NCBI GenBank assembly: GCA_035308765.1
Contig: DATGGA010000025.1
Span: 2,576-66,575 of the forward strand
Direction: 5' to 3'
DNA: 64,000 nucleotides
Source of the DNA: Burkholderiales bacterium
GTDB lineage: Bacteria; Pseudomonadota; Gammaproteobacteria; Burkholderiales; SG8-39
Under the pieces are notes generated by a model. It did not search any database. It had not been told where the DNA came from and was given only the letters and a program-made list of their open reading frames with translations. A program made the position numbers and the translations under genes. Positions 26,728-37,247 of this stretch are shown here, one piece after another. The first letter of the stretch is position 1, and each line of letters begins with the position of its first letter.

Positions 26728-26750
26728 CCGCCCGGAACTTCAACGGGCGG
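26728..26750. terminator. hairpin between convergent pilY1 and the DUF4124-glutaredoxin gene
   Basis: CCGCCCG-gaacttcaa-CGGGCGG, a 7-bp GC stem directly after the pilY1 stop. There is no strong U-tract. Confidence 0.5.
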
Positions 26751-26767
26751 GACCGTTTCCGCGCGGA

Positions 26768-27403
26768 TTACTTGTTTTCCCCGGGAACGCCGTAGGGACC
26801 TGGTTTCGGCGGAGCGCCCTGCAGGCCGCTGGAATCGTAGGGTCCGGGCTTTGCCGCCGGCCCGCTCGGGGCCACGGGCTCGGCGACAGGAGGCGGCTGG
26901 AAGCCTTCGGGCGGGGCGGGCGCAGCCTGCGAGCGCGCCGGGAACGCGCCTGCCGGCGGATAGCCGGCGGAATCCAGCAGCGCGTCGTAGGCGCCCGGAT
27001 CGAAACCGCTTTGCGCCGATCGTCCCACGACGAGTGCCGGCACCTTCTCCGTATTGGCCGCCTTCTTGAGCTGCTCGAGAGTCGAGGGCGTCCAGACCTG
27101 TATTTCAGTGAATGGCACACCGCGCTTGTTGAGCACGCTGCGCGCCGAATCGCATGCCTCCTTGCAGCCGGGAGCGGTGTACAACGTAACCGGAAAATTC
27201 TTCTGCAGTTCCGCGAGTTCGAAGGGGGGCGGCGCAGCCGCGGGCTTCGCGGTCGCCAATTTCGATTCGCGCACGTCCTTCGCGCCCGCCGGCGGCGTGT
27301 CGCCAAACTGGGTATGTCCCTTCTCGTCTGTCCAACGGTACAGTTGCGCTTGCGCGACGCCCGCAAACGCGACCATGCCAAGCAATATTGCCCGTAAAAT
27401 CAT
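26768..27403 (-). CDS. DUF4124 domain + glutaredoxin-like domain secreted protein with a Pro-rich tail
   Basis: The start is taken at MILRAILLGMVAFAGVAQAQ (ATG at 27403). LYRWTDEKGHTQFGDTPPAG is DUF4124. VTLYTAPGCKEACDSARSVLNKRGVPFTEIQV is a glutaredoxin-like fold with C-x3-C. The track ORF extends 70 codons further upstream into an R/A-rich, non-coding-looking sequence. Confidence 0.75.
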   Translation of the reverse strand: MILRAILLGMVAFAGVAQAQLYRWTDEKGHTQFGDTPPAGAKDVRESKLATAKPAAAPPPFELAELQKNFPVTLYTAPGCKEACDSARSVLNKRGVPFTEIQVWTPSTLEQLKKAANTEKVPALVVGRSAQSGFDPGAYDALLDSAGYPPAGAFPARSQAAPAPPEGFQPPPVAEPVAPSGPAAKPGPYDSSGLQGAPPKPGPYGVPGENK

Positions 27404-27435
27404 GCGCGAATAATACCATTCCGCCCAGCGAACTC

Positions 27436-28365
27436 TCAGCGCTCCTGCGCGAGTTCGCGCGGCAGCGTGAAGACGACGTGCTCGGCGATGCCCTCCAGCG
27501 GCCGCACGCTCTTCGCGCCCAGTTCCAGCAGCCGCTCTATAAGTTCGTTCACCAGCACTTCCGGCGCCGAAGCGCCCGCCGTAACGCCGACCCGCGGTTT
27601 GCCCGCGATCCACTCCGGCTTCAGTCCCGCGGCGTTGTCCACCATGTAGGCGTCCACGCCCATGTTCTGCGCCACTTCGCGCAGGCGGTTGGAGTTGGAG
27701 CTGTTGGGCGAGCCCACCACGATCACCACGTCGCAGCGCGGCGCCATGAACTTGACCGCGTCCTGGCGGTTCTGCGTCGCGTAGCAGATGTCGTCCCGCT
27801 TCGGTCCGCGTATCAGCGGAAAGCGCGCCCGCAGCGCGGTGACGATCAGCGCGGCGTCGTCCACCGACAGCGTGGTCTGGGTCACGTAGGCGAGCTTGCC
27901 GGGGTTCGCGACCGCGAGCCGCGCCACGTCGTCCACTGTCTCGACCAGGTGCATGCCGCCGTCCGCCTGGCCCATGGTGCCCTCGGACTCCGGATGGCCG
28001 CGGTGGCCGATCATCACGATCTCGTAGCCCTCGCGCAGCATCTTCGATACTTCGACGTGAACCTTGGTCACGAGCGGGCAGGTGGCGTCGAACACCTTCA
28101 GGCCGCGCGCCTCGGCGTCGCGCCGGATTTCCCTGGAGACGCCGTGGGCGGAGAAAATCACGGTGCTGCCGCGCGGCACCTCGTCCAGCTCCTCGACGAA
28201 AACCGCGCCCTTCTTCCGCAGGTCTTCGACCACGTACTTGTTGTGCACGATCTCGTGGCGCACGTAGATCGGCGCGCCGCGCTGCTGCAGCGCGCGTTCC
28301 ACGATTTCGATCGCGCGTTCGACGCCGGCGCAGAAGCCGCGGGGGTTGGCGAGCAGGACATCCAT
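27436..28365 (-). CDS. ispH: 4-hydroxy-3-methylbut-2-enyl diphosphate reductase
   Basis: Start at [23 protein letters not shown]. Also present: ...HEIVHN...[12 protein letters not shown]...[13 protein letters not shown]. Confidence 0.93.
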   Translation of the reverse strand: MDVLLANPRGFCAGVERAIEIVERALQQRGAPIYVRHEIVHNKYVVEDLRKKGAVFVEELDEVPRGSTVIFSAHGVSREIRRDAEARGLKVFDATCPLVTKVHVEVSKMLREGYEIVMIGHRGHPESEGTMGQADGGMHLVETVDDVARLAVANPGKLAYVTQTTLSVDDAALIVTALRARFPLIRGPKRDDICYATQNRQDAVKFMAPRCDVVIVVGSPNSSNSNRLREVAQNMGVDAYMVDNAAGLKPEWIAGKPRVGVTAGASAPEVLVNELIERLLELGAKSVRPLEGIAEHVVFTLPRELAQER

Positions 28366-28376
28366 AGGGCGAGATT

Positions 28377-28919
28377 CTACGGCTTGCGCAGGTACGCGGT
28401 GTCGAACGCGGCTTCGAGCCGCGGATGGCTGCCGCGCAATCCGTCGATCACCCGCTTTGCCCATTCGAAGTACTCCTGGCGGCGCTGCAGGTCCCACTTG
28501 GCCGGCGGCCGGTCGGCGACATCCCTCAGGTTGCAGATCTTGTCGGCCAGCTTGACCAGCTTGGCGCCCGCGCTCAGGCCCGCGGCATGCTCGATCTGCA
28601 GCCGCTTGCGGTCGGCCTTGGGGAGATTCTGGTCGTCGGTCACCTCGGCGACCATGCCCGCGATGCGGCGGCCGAAATGCTCGACCAGTTCTTCGAAGGT
28701 GGTGTCGGTGTCCTCGATGGTGTCGTGCAGCAGGGCCGCGGCCAGCACTTCGATATCGCCGACGCCACCCTCGCCCGCCAGCACCTCGGCCAGCGCGATC
28801 GGATGGTTGATGTAAGGCGAGGCCTCGGCGTCCTTGCGCCGCTGATCCCGATGCTTGTGCGCCGCGAACGACAGCGCCCTTAGCAGCAGCGCCAGGTTCA
28901 ACTCAGGCGCCTTTTTCAC
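28377..28919 (-). CDS. HD-domain (p)ppGpp hydrolase-like protein (small alarmone hydrolase / Mesh1-like)
   Basis: 180 aa, GTG start: [30 protein letters not shown]...[14 protein letters not shown]...EVTDD. This is the RelA/SpoT-type HD hydrolase signature with no synthetase domain. Confidence 0.8.
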   Translation of the reverse strand: MKKAPELNLALLLRALSFAAHKHRDQRRKDAEASPYINHPIALAEVLAGEGGVGDIEVLAAALLHDTIEDTDTTFEELVEHFGRRIAGMVAEVTDDQNLPKADRKRLQIEHAAGLSAGAKLVKLADKICNLRDVADRPPAKWDLQRRQEYFEWAKRVIDGLRGSHPRLEAAFDTAYLRKP

Positions 28920-29391
28920 GGCTCGCCGGCTCGCGGTGCAGGAAACCCTCCAGGATCAGGATCCCGGCGCCGATCGTGATCGCCGAATCGGCGACGTTGA
29001 AAGCCGGCCAGTGCCAGCCCATGGCATGGAAATCGAGAAAATCGACCACGTGGCCGTAGGCGATGCGGTCGTAGAGGTTGCCGAGCGCCCCGCCCAGAAT
29101 GAGCGCCAGGCCGCTGCAGAAAAGAACTTTGTTTTTATTTCTCAGGATCAGAAAAGCAATGACGACGGAAGCCGCGATGGCGAACGCGGCGAACAGGAGG
29201 GTCTGCCAGCCCTGCGCCGAGGCGAGGAAACTGAATGCCGCTCCCTTGTTGAACACCAGAACGAGATTGAAGAACGGCGCCACGGTACGGGCCTCCCCGG
29301 GCGAAAACGACGCCAGCACGGCTATCTTGGTCAGGTAGTCCAGCGCAATAACCAGGACCGCAAGACCGAACCAGCGTGCCGCCCTAGGCAT
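28903..29391 (-). CDS. lspA: lipoprotein signal peptidase II
   Basis: Start at [23 protein letters not shown]. Also present: [33 protein letters not shown] and FNVADSAI. It overlaps the ileS stop by 8 nt. Confidence 0.9.
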   Translation of the reverse strand: MPRAARWFGLAVLVIALDYLTKIAVLASFSPGEARTVAPFFNLVLVFNKGAAFSFLASAQGWQTLLFAAFAIAASVVIAFLILRNKNKVLFCSGLALILGGALGNLYDRIAYGHVVDFLDFHAMGWHWPAFNVADSAITIGAGILILEGFLHREPASREKGA

Positions 29392-32251
29392 AGCGCCGGG
29401 GTTCGCCGCTGCCGTGCAGGTTGCTATCGCAGCGCCCGCACAGCCCGGCCGGATCGACATCGGCGCGGTAATGCCAGCAGCGCTCGCACTTCGCATGTGC
29501 GCTTGCCTTGACTTTGATTTGCACGCCGGACCCTTGTTCCTTTCGAACCGCCGCGCGCGACGTGATCATGACAAATCGAAGATCGTCCCCGAGCCGTGCC
29601 AGCGAGTCGTACATTGGACCATGAGCCGAAATGTCCAGTTCAGCTGCAAGGGAAGAGCCGATTTCCTTCGCTTCGCGCTTTTCTTCCATTTTTTTCATTG
29701 CAATCTCGCGAACCTGACTCACATCTCTCCAAGCATTCATCACTGCCTCATCCAGACCGGGGTTCGGGAGCGCGTGCCAGATCTCCTCGAACACGCTTCC
29801 TTCCCCGCCACCGCGCAGAACCCTCCAGCCCTCCTCCGCGGTGAAGCTCAGGATCGGCGCCATCAGCCGCAGCAGGCTCTGCGCGATATGCCACAGCGCA
29901 GTCTGCGCCGAGCGGCGCGGGCGCGAATCCGCGCCGCAGGTATAGAGCCGGTCCTTGAGGATGTCCAGGTAGAACGCGCCGAGGTCCTCGGCGCAGAACG
30001 CCTGCAGCTTCTGCACCACCAGGTGAAACTGGTAACGCTCGTAGTCCGCCGCCACCTCCGCCTGCATGCGCGCGGTCAGCGCCAGGGCATAGCGGTCGAT
30101 TTCCGTCATCTCCGCCACCGGCACGGCGTTCTCCGCCGGGTCGAAGTCGGACGTATTCGCCAGCAGGAAGCGCAGCGTGTTGCGCACGCGCCGGTAGCTC
30201 TCGACGACGCGCTTGAGGATCTCGCTGGAAATGGTCAGCTCGCCCGAGTAGTCGCCGCTGGCGACCCAGAGCCGCAGGATCTCGGCGCCCAGCGTGCCGG
30301 CGACCTGCTGCGGCGCCATGCCCGTGCCTTTCGACTTGGACATCTTGCGGCCTTCCATGTCGATGACGAAGCCGTGCGTGAGGATCGCCTTGTACGGCGG
30401 CACGCCGTTCATCATGCACGACACCAGCAGCGACGAATGGAACCAGCCGCGGTGCTGGTCCGAGCCCTCCAGGTAAAGGTCGGCCGGGAATTTGCTTTCG
30501 CTTGCGTGCGAACCTTTCAGCACCGTCTGGTGCGTGGAGCCGGAATCGAACCAGACGTCGATGGTGTCCTTCACCTTCTCGTAATGCGCGGCGTCGGCGC
30601 CGAGGAATTCTCCGGTGGTCACCGTCTGCCAGGTCTCGATGCCGCCCCGCTCGACGCGCCGCGCGACTTCCTCGATCAGGTCGAGCGTGCGCGGATGCAG
30701 CGTGCCGGTCTCCTTGTGCACGAAGAACGGCATCGGCACCCCCCACTGCCGCGCGCGCGACAGCGTCCAGTCCGGGCGGTTGGCGATCAGGCCGTGCAGC
30801 CGCGCCTTGCCCCAGCCCGGAAAAAATTCGGTGGCCTCGATGCCGCGCAGCGCCGTCGCCCGCAGGGTTTCGGCGGGCCGGGTTAATCCGTCCGGGCCGT
30901 TGTAGCCGGGCACCGCGTCCATGCCCGCGAACCACTGGATGGTGGCGCGCAGGATGACCGGCGTCTTGTGCCGCCAGCAATGCATGTAGCTGTGGACGTG
31001 CTTCCAGTCCACCGCGAACAGCGCGCCCTTTTCCTCGAGGGTCTTGATGATTTTCGGATTCGCGTCCCAGATCATCTGCCCGCCGAACAGCGGTAATGTG
31101 CTGGCGAACTTGCCGTCGCCCGTGACCGGCGTGAGGATTTCGTCGTCCTTCATCCCATGGCGGCGGCAGGATTCGAAGTCCTCCACGCCATAGGCGGGCG
31201 ACGAGTGCACGACGCCCGTGCCCGTGTCCAGAGTCACGTATCCGCCGAGGTACACGGGCGAAGTGCGGTCGTAGAACGGGTGCTTGAAACGGATGTTCTC
31301 CAGCGCCCTGCCCTTCGCCTTGCCGATCAGCCGCCAGGACTTGATGCCGTACCGCGCCAGCAGCCTGGGCATGGCGAGAGAATCGAATTCCTCCTCGGTC
31401 GCCTCGGGGATTTCCCCGGCGAGGAGCATGGCGTCGGCAACGATCAGCAGGCCGCGGTCCGTGTCGATCAGCGCGTAGTCGAAATCCGGATGCACGTTCA
31501 GCGCCTGGTTCGCCGGCAGCGTCCAGGGCGTGGTGGTCCAGATGACGATGTAGCCTTTCTTGTCGGGCAGGCTCCGCAATCCGAAGGCCGCGGCGACTTT
31601 CTCCCTTTCGGCGAACTCGAAGCCCGCGTCGATGGCAGGATCCTTACGGTCTTCGTATTCCACTTCCGCCTCGGCAAGCGCGGAGCCGCAGTCGAAGCAC
31701 CAGTTGACCGGCTTGAGGCCGCGGAAGATGTAGCCCTTCTTCAGCAGCATGCCGAGGCCGCGGATCTCGTCGGCCTCGTTGCCATAGGCCATCGTGAGAT
31801 ATGGATGGTCCCAGTCGCCGAGGACGCCGAGGCGCTGAAAGTCCGCTTTCTGCTTGGCGATCTGTTCCGTGGCGTAGGCCCGGCACAGGCGCTGCGTTTC
31901 CCCGGCAGGCAGGTTCTTGCCGTATTTCTTTTCGATCTGCACTTCGATCGGCATGCCATGGCAATCCCAGCCCGGCACGTAGGGCGCGTCGAACCCCGCC
32001 ATGGATTTCGACTTGACGATCACGTCCTTCAGGATCTTGTTCACCGCATGGCCGATATGGATGTCGCCGTTGGCGTACGGCGGGCCGTCGTGCAGCACGA
32101 AGCGCGGCCGCCCTTTGGACACCGCGCGCAGGCGCTTGTATACGCCCTTCTCGTTCCATTCCTTGACCCACAGCGGCTCGCGCCTGGCGAGATCGCCGCG
32201 CATCGGGAACGGCGTGTCGGGCAGGTTCAGCGTGTTCTTGTAGTTAGCCAT
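29384..32251 (-). CDS. ileS: isoleucine--tRNA ligase
   Basis: 955 aa: [37 protein letters not shown] (HIGH motif), KMSKS, and a C-terminal Zn-finger CERCWHY...CGRC. Confidence 0.97.
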   Translation of the reverse strand: MANYKNTLNLPDTPFPMRGDLARREPLWVKEWNEKGVYKRLRAVSKGRPRFVLHDGPPYANGDIHIGHAVNKILKDVIVKSKSMAGFDAPYVPGWDCHGMPIEVQIEKKYGKNLPAGETQRLCRAYATEQIAKQKADFQRLGVLGDWDHPYLTMAYGNEADEIRGLGMLLKKGYIFRGLKPVNWCFDCGSALAEAEVEYEDRKDPAIDAGFEFAEREKVAAAFGLRSLPDKKGYIVIWTTTPWTLPANQALNVHPDFDYALIDTDRGLLIVADAMLLAGEIPEATEEEFDSLAMPRLLARYGIKSWRLIGKAKGRALENIRFKHPFYDRTSPVYLGGYVTLDTGTGVVHSSPAYGVEDFESCRRHGMKDDEILTPVTGDGKFASTLPLFGGQMIWDANPKIIKTLEEKGALFAVDWKHVHSYMHCWRHKTPVILRATIQWFAGMDAVPGYNGPDGLTRPAETLRATALRGIEATEFFPGWGKARLHGLIANRPDWTLSRARQWGVPMPFFVHKETGTLHPRTLDLIEEVARRVERGGIETWQTVTTGEFLGADAAHYEKVKDTIDVWFDSGSTHQTVLKGSHASESKFPADLYLEGSDQHRGWFHSSLLVSCMMNGVPPYKAILTHGFVIDMEGRKMSKSKGTGMAPQQVAGTLGAEILRLWVASGDYSGELTISSEILKRVVESYRRVRNTLRFLLANTSDFDPAENAVPVAEMTEIDRYALALTARMQAEVAADYERYQFHLVVQKLQAFCAEDLGAFYLDILKDRLYTCGADSRPRRSAQTALWHIAQSLLRLMAPILSFTAEEGWRVLRGGGEGSVFEEIWHALPNPGLDEAVMNAWRDVSQVREIAMKKMEEKREAKEIGSSLAAELDISAHGPMYDSLARLGDDLRFVMITSRAAVRKEQGSGVQIKVKASAHAKCERCWHYRADVDPAGLCGRCDSNLHGSGEPRRYA

Positions 32252-33173
32252 TTTTCCTGAAGTAGTCCTTTGCCTGCGCCACGTCCCGCGCTATTGCGGA
32301 CCGCAGAGCGTCCATGCCGTCGTATTTTTCTTCGTCGCGGATCTTGTGCAGGAATTTCACCCGCAGGTGGCGCCCATACAGCTCGCCGTGCCAGTCGAAC
32401 AGGTGGACTTCCAGCAACGGCGGCGCATTTTCCCTGACGGTCGGCCTCCGGCCGACGCTCGCCACACCACGCAGAATCCGGTGCGTTTCCTCCAGTTCGG
32501 CCCCCACCACGAATATCCCCGCCAGCGGCGGCCGGCGCCGCAGCACGATGTTCGCAGTCGGAAAGCCGAGCAAGCGGCCGAGCTTCCCGCCATGGGCCAC
32601 GCGCCCGCTCATCGAATAGCCGCGCCCGAGCAGGAGCGCCGCGCCGGCCAGGTCGCCTGCAGCGAGCGCCGTGCGCACCCCGGAACTCGACACGCGCTCC
32701 CCGGCGTTCATCACTTCCGGCATCGCTTCCAGCTCGAATCCGAGCCGCGCCGCCGACGCCTCCAGCAGCGCGAAATCGCCGGTGCGCCTGGCGCCAAAGC
32801 GGAAATCCCGTCCCACCAGCAGCCAGCGCACCCCCAAACCCCGCACCAGCACCTCTTCGATGAACCGGTCCGCGGCCAGCGCGGCCAGCTGTGCACCAAA
32901 ACGCAGCACGTGCGTCCTGTCGATCCCCGTTTCCGCAATCAGCTCCAGCTTCTCGCGCAGCCGGGTCAGCCGCGTTGGCGCGGTCGCGGGCGAAAAAAAT
33001 TCCCGCGGGTGCGGTTCGAATGTCAGGGCGCTGCAAGGTAGCTTCAGTTCGCGCGACTTTGCGGCCAGCCTGTCCAGCATGGCGCGGTGACCGCGGTGCA
33101 CGCCGTCGAAATTGCCGATGGTGAGCCCCACGGGGCTCCCCCCCGGTCTGATTGTCCCGTGCGTGACCCGCAT
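32244..33173 (-). CDS. ribF: bifunctional riboflavin kinase / FAD synthetase
   Basis: 309 aa: [17 protein letters not shown]...GFPTANI...[10 protein letters not shown]...LEVHLFDW. It overlaps the ileS start by 8 nt. Confidence 0.93.
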   Translation of the reverse strand: MRVTHGTIRPGGSPVGLTIGNFDGVHRGHRAMLDRLAAKSRELKLPCSALTFEPHPREFFSPATAPTRLTRLREKLELIAETGIDRTHVLRFGAQLAALAADRFIEEVLVRGLGVRWLLVGRDFRFGARRTGDFALLEASAARLGFELEAMPEVMNAGERVSSSGVRTALAAGDLAGAALLLGRGYSMSGRVAHGGKLGRLLGFPTANIVLRRRPPLAGIFVVGAELEETHRILRGVASVGRRPTVRENAPPLLEVHLFDWHGELYGRHLRVKFLHKIRDEEKYDGMDALRSAIARDVAQAKDYFRKNG

Positions 33174-33224
33174 CCGTGCGCGTAAAATGTTGAATTATAG
33201 CGGCTTTCAACAGGAAGGAGACCG

Positions 33225-33770
33225 GTGAAGACCCTCGAAGACCAGATGTCCTTCTACGCGGCCTACCACCAAGACGCGCGCAACAAGGCGACTCACTTCG
33301 TCGGCGTGCCGCTGATCGTTTTCTCGCTGATGATCCCGCTCGGCTGGCTGCGCGCCGATGTCGGCGGCTTCCCGGTGAGCGCTGCGCCGATCGTCACTTC
33401 CGCGCTGCTGCTTTATTACCTGATGCTCGACGTCCCGCTTGGCCTGGCGATGGGCGCCGTGTTCGCGCTGATGCTCTGGGGCGCGGAGCCGCTGTCGCAG
33501 GCATCGCTGTTCATCGGCCTGGTCTGGTTCCTGATCCTGTTCGTCGGCGGCTGGGCGCTGCAGCTCTGGGGTCACGCCTACGAGGGCCGCAAGCCGGCGC
33601 TGGTCGATAACTTGTTCCAGATCTTCGTGGCGCCGATTTTCCTCGCCGCTGAGGTATTCTTCGCCTTTGGCTTGAAACCTGCGCTGCACGAGGAGGTGCA
33701 GCGGCGCGCGCTGCAGATGCGCGCGCGGGCGGGGATCGGCAGCACCGGCGACGGCCTGACGCCCGCCTGA
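33225..33770 (+). CDS. DUF962 (Mpo1/YGL010w-like) membrane protein
   Basis: 181 aa: YAAYHQDARNKATHFVGVPLIVFSL...GHAYEGRKPALVDNLFQIFVAP. Confidence 0.75.
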   Translation: MKTLEDQMSFYAAYHQDARNKATHFVGVPLIVFSLMIPLGWLRADVGGFPVSAAPIVTSALLLYYLMLDVPLGLAMGAVFALMLWGAEPLSQASLFIGLVWFLILFVGGWALQLWGHAYEGRKPALVDNLFQIFVAPIFLAAEVFFAFGLKPALHEEVQRRALQMRARAGIGSTGDGLTPA

Positions 33771-33810
33771 TTCGACCCGTAGTTCCCGGATTCGCAAAGG
33801 AGGAGTTGCG

Positions 33811-34353
33811 ATGATGAAGCTGTGCCTTGGCCTGTCGCGGGCTATTGACGCCTTCAATGAGCGCGTGAGCATCATCGCCGACGCGCTGGTGCTGCTCTCT
33901 TGCGCGATCAGCGCCGGAAACGCCTTCTCGCGCTACGCCTTCAGCATCAGCTCCAACGCCTGGCTCGAAATCCAGTGGTACATGTTCGGCGCCCTGGTGA
34001 TGCTGGGCACCTCCTATACCCTGAAGAGGAACGAGCACGTGCGCGTCGACATCGTCTACAGCAATATTCCCACCCGCTGGCAGATCGCGATCGACATATT
34101 CGGCGGCGTCCTGTTCCTGATGCCGGCTGCGTTGATCATGGCCTACCTTTCATGGCCGGTCTTCTACAATTCCTGGGTGGAGCACGAGATGAGCGGCAAC
34201 GCCGGCGGCCTGGTCCGCTGGCCGATAAAGATTTTCCTGCCGCTCGGCTTTGCGCTGCTCAGCCTGCAGGGCTTCTCCGAGCTGGTCAAGCGCGTTGCGA
34301 TGCTCACCGGCCACATGAAGGCCGACCTGCACTACGAAAGGCCGCTGCAATGA
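33811..34353 (+). CDS. TRAP transporter small permease subunit (DctQ-like)
   Basis: 180 aa with four hydrophobic segments. It overlaps the large permease gene by ATGA. Confidence 0.8.
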   Translation: MMKLCLGLSRAIDAFNERVSIIADALVLLSCAISAGNAFSRYAFSISSNAWLEIQWYMFGALVMLGTSYTLKRNEHVRVDIVYSNIPTRWQIAIDIFGGVLFLMPAALIMAYLSWPVFYNSWVEHEMSGNAGGLVRWPIKIFLPLGFALLSLQGFSELVKRVAMLTGHMKADLHYERPLQ

Positions 34354-36008
34354 TTCCGCACGAGATGATGGCGCCCGTGATGTTCGGCGGGCTGGTGGTC
34401 TTCATGCTGCTCGGCTACCCGGTGTCGTTCTCGCTCGCCGCGGTCGGCTTGTTCTTCGGCTTCATCGCGATCCACGCCGGCTACTTCGATTTCAGCCTGA
34501 TGCAGGCGCTGCCCGAACGCGTGTTCGGCATCATGGCGAACGACACCCTGCTTGCCATCCCGTTCTTCACCCTGATGGGCGCGATCCTCGAGCGTTGCGG
34601 GCTGGCCGAGGACCTGCTGGACGGCTTGGGCCAGCTGTTCGGCCCGATACCTGGCGGCTTGGGCTACGCGGTGATCGTGGTCGGCGCCATTCTCGGCGCG
34701 ATCACCGGAACGGTGGCCGCATCGGTGATCGCGATGGGCCTGATCTCCCTGCCGATAATGATGCGATACGGCTATGACCAGCGCTTCGCCACGGGCGTGA
34801 TCGCGGCCTCCGGCACCATCACGCAGCTGATCCCGCCCTCGCTCGTTTTGATCGTGCTTGCCGACCAGCTCGGCCGTTCGGTCGGCGACATGTACGCGGG
34901 CGCATGGGGCCCGAGCCTGATCCAGGTGCTGCTGTTCGGCGGCTACACGCTGCTGGTGAGCATTTTCAGGCCGCAGTGGGTGCCCGGGATCCCGCCGGAA
35001 TCTCGCACCATGACCGGCTGGCCGCTGGTGAAGCGCTGCCTGTGGGGCATCATCCCCTCGCTGGTGCTGATTTTCCTCGTGCTCGGCACCATCTTCCTCG
35101 GCCTGGCGACGCCGACCGAGGGCGGCGCGATGGGCATGGTCGGCGCAGTCGTGCTCGCAGTCCTGCACCGCAAGGAGTTTTCCCAGCGAGGGAAAATTGC
35201 CGCTTGGGTCGCACTCGTCGCCATCACGGTGATTTCCGTGCCAGCGGCGATCGGCATGGCGGACGAATCCTTGCCGGCGACGCTGGTCGACGCCGCGAAC
35301 AAATTCTTCGCCGCGACGCGGGCTTCCCTGTTCGTCGTCTTCTACGCCGGGCTGGCGCTGGTGATGTGGGAGGCGGTGGCGATCGCGGAACTGCGCGGCC
35401 TCATCAAGCAGGCCTCACAGTCGACCATGCGCATCACCGCAATGGTGATCTTCATCCTGATCGGCTCGACCATCTTCACGCTGGTATTCCGCGGCGTCGA
35501 CGGCGACCTGTGGATCGAGAACATGCTGCTGCACCTGCCGGGCGGCAAGGTCGGCTTCCTGGTGTTCGTCAACGTCTTCGTCTTTTTCCTTGCCTTCTTC
35601 CTCGACTTCTTCGAGATCGCCTTCATCATCATCCCGCTGCTCGCCCCGGTGGCGACCAAGCTGGGCATCGACCTGATCTGGTTCGGCGTGCTGCTGTGCG
35701 TCAACATGCAGACCTCGTTCATGCACCCGCCGTTCGGCTTCGCGCTGTTTTACCTGCGCAGCATCGCGCCCAAGGAAATAAAAAGCTCCGCGATCTACTG
35801 GGGCGCGATCCCCTGGGTGGTGCTGCAGCTCATCATGGTCGCCATCGTCATCGTCTGGCCGGGGCTGGTGACGTTCATGCTGGACAAGCCTTCGGACGTC
35901 GACCCGAGCAAGGTGCAGATCGTCGTCCCGGCGGAAGAGTCTATGCCAGGCGCCGCCCCGGAGAAGCCGGCGGCGGACGACGACCTGGAGAAGCAGTTCC
36001 GCAAATGA
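34350..36008 (+). CDS. TRAP transporter large permease subunit (DctM-like, long form)
   Basis: Internal ATG of the 33900..36008 ORF: MIPHEMMAPVMFGGLVVFMLLGYPVSFSLAAVG. It is polytopic. At 552 aa it is longer than the ~430 aa I remember for classical DctM. Confidence 0.85.
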   Translation: MIPHEMMAPVMFGGLVVFMLLGYPVSFSLAAVGLFFGFIAIHAGYFDFSLMQALPERVFGIMANDTLLAIPFFTLMGAILERCGLAEDLLDGLGQLFGPIPGGLGYAVIVVGAILGAITGTVAASVIAMGLISLPIMMRYGYDQRFATGVIAASGTITQLIPPSLVLIVLADQLGRSVGDMYAGAWGPSLIQVLLFGGYTLLVSIFRPQWVPGIPPESRTMTGWPLVKRCLWGIIPSLVLIFLVLGTIFLGLATPTEGGAMGMVGAVVLAVLHRKEFSQRGKIAAWVALVAITVISVPAAIGMADESLPATLVDAANKFFAATRASLFVVFYAGLALVMWEAVAIAELRGLIKQASQSTMRITAMVIFILIGSTIFTLVFRGVDGDLWIENMLLHLPGGKVGFLVFVNVFVFFLAFFLDFFEIAFIIIPLLAPVATKLGIDLIWFGVLLCVNMQTSFMHPPFGFALFYLRSIAPKEIKSSAIYWGAIPWVVLQLIMVAIVIVWPGLVTFMLDKPSDVDPSKVQIVVPAEESMPGAAPEKPAADDDLEKQFRK

Positions 36009-36033
36009 AAAACCCCGCTCACGCGGGGTTTTT
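36008..36033. terminator. bidirectional Rho-independent terminator between dctM and the convergent TRAP binding-protein gene
   Basis: AAAAA-CCCCGC-tcac-GCGGGG-TTTTT, immediately after the dctM stop. Confidence 0.8.
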
Positions 36034-36060
36034 CTATGCTGCCCTCCTTGCTGACGGCGG

Positions 36061-37149
36061 CTAGGACTTCACTTTCGTAGTGGTCATGTAATTGTCGTAC
36101 GTGGACTCGGCGACGCGGAACCACTGCACCTGCTCGTCGCGGAACGCCTTCCACTGCGGGTAGATCCGCTTCCAGTGGGCGCTCTTGGCGTCCATTTCCG
36201 CGTAAACCTCGTATGACGCCTTTTCCGCAGCTGTCAGTATCGCGTCCGAGAAGCGGCGCAGCTTGGTGCCGCTGGCTACCAGCCGGCGCATGGCATCCGG
36301 ATTCTGTGCGTCGTACTTCGCCGGCATCCAGGCCGTGGCTTCGCCGCAGGCCGTGGCGAGCGCCGCCTGATAAGACTTGGGCAGCTCCGCCCACTTCTTC
36401 TCGTTGACGAAGGTCATCAGCATCGGGCCGCCTTCCCAGAAACCCGGCGTGTAGTAGTACTGCGCGACCTTGTTGAAGCCGAGCTTCTCGTCGTCATAGG
36501 GCCCGACCCACTCCGCGGCGTCCACCGTGCCCTTTTCGAGCGCCGGATAAATGTCGGGAGCGGCGAGCTGTTGCGGCACGACACCGAGCTTGGCCATGAT
36601 GACCCCGGCAAAACCGCCGATGCGCATTTTCACGCCCTTCAGGTCGGCGAGCGTCTTGATCTCCTTGCGCCACCAGCCGCCCATCTGGCAACCGGTGTTC
36701 CCCGAGAGCATAGCGATGCAGCCGTAGTCCTTGAACAGCGGCGCCATCGCTTCCGCGCCGCCGCCGAACAGCCACCACGCGGCCTGCTGGCGCGTGTTGC
36801 CGCCGAAGCAGATCGAGGTGCCGAAGGCGAAGGCCGGATCCTTGCCGAAGTAGTAGTACGGCGCGGTATGGCCACATTCCACCGTCCCGGCCTGCACCTC
36901 GTCGAGCACCGCGAGCCCCGGGACGATCTCGCCCGCGGCGAACGGGCGGATGGTGAACTTGCCGTCGGTGATCTCGCCGACCCGCCTGGCGATCAACTCG
37001 GCGCCACCGTATAGCGTGTCAAGGCTCTTAGGCCAGCTGGTCGGCATGCGCCAGGTAATCGTGGGTTGCGACTGCGCGATTGCCGGCGCCGCCACGCTGC
37101 CGACTGCCAAGCCCGCCGCAGCCTTCTTCAGAAATGATCTGCGCTTCAT
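36061..37149 (-). CDS. TRAP transporter substrate-binding protein with a Tat-type signal peptide
   Basis: 362 aa. MKRRSFLKKAAAGLAVGSVAAPAIAQ is a twin-arginine motif. The DctP-family body has an ITWRMPTSWPKSLD-type start, as in the mannitol/chloroaromatic TRAP subfamily. Confidence 0.85.
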   Translation of the reverse strand: MKRRSFLKKAAAGLAVGSVAAPAIAQSQPTITWRMPTSWPKSLDTLYGGAELIARRVGEITDGKFTIRPFAAGEIVPGLAVLDEVQAGTVECGHTAPYYYFGKDPAFAFGTSICFGGNTRQQAAWWLFGGGAEAMAPLFKDYGCIAMLSGNTGCQMGGWWRKEIKTLADLKGVKMRIGGFAGVIMAKLGVVPQQLAAPDIYPALEKGTVDAAEWVGPYDDEKLGFNKVAQYYYTPGFWEGGPMLMTFVNEKKWAELPKSYQAALATACGEATAWMPAKYDAQNPDAMRRLVASGTKLRRFSDAILTAAEKASYEVYAEMDAKSAHWKRIYPQWKAFRDEQVQWFRVAESTYDNYMTTTKVKS

Positions 37150-37247
37150 TGAATCCCTCCTCCGTTTGGTTCGATTGGTGGACCTTCGATTGAAGTCCGA
37201 GCGGCGATTCTAGCCTCGAATCGGGCCCCGGGGAACCGGGTCCAGAT

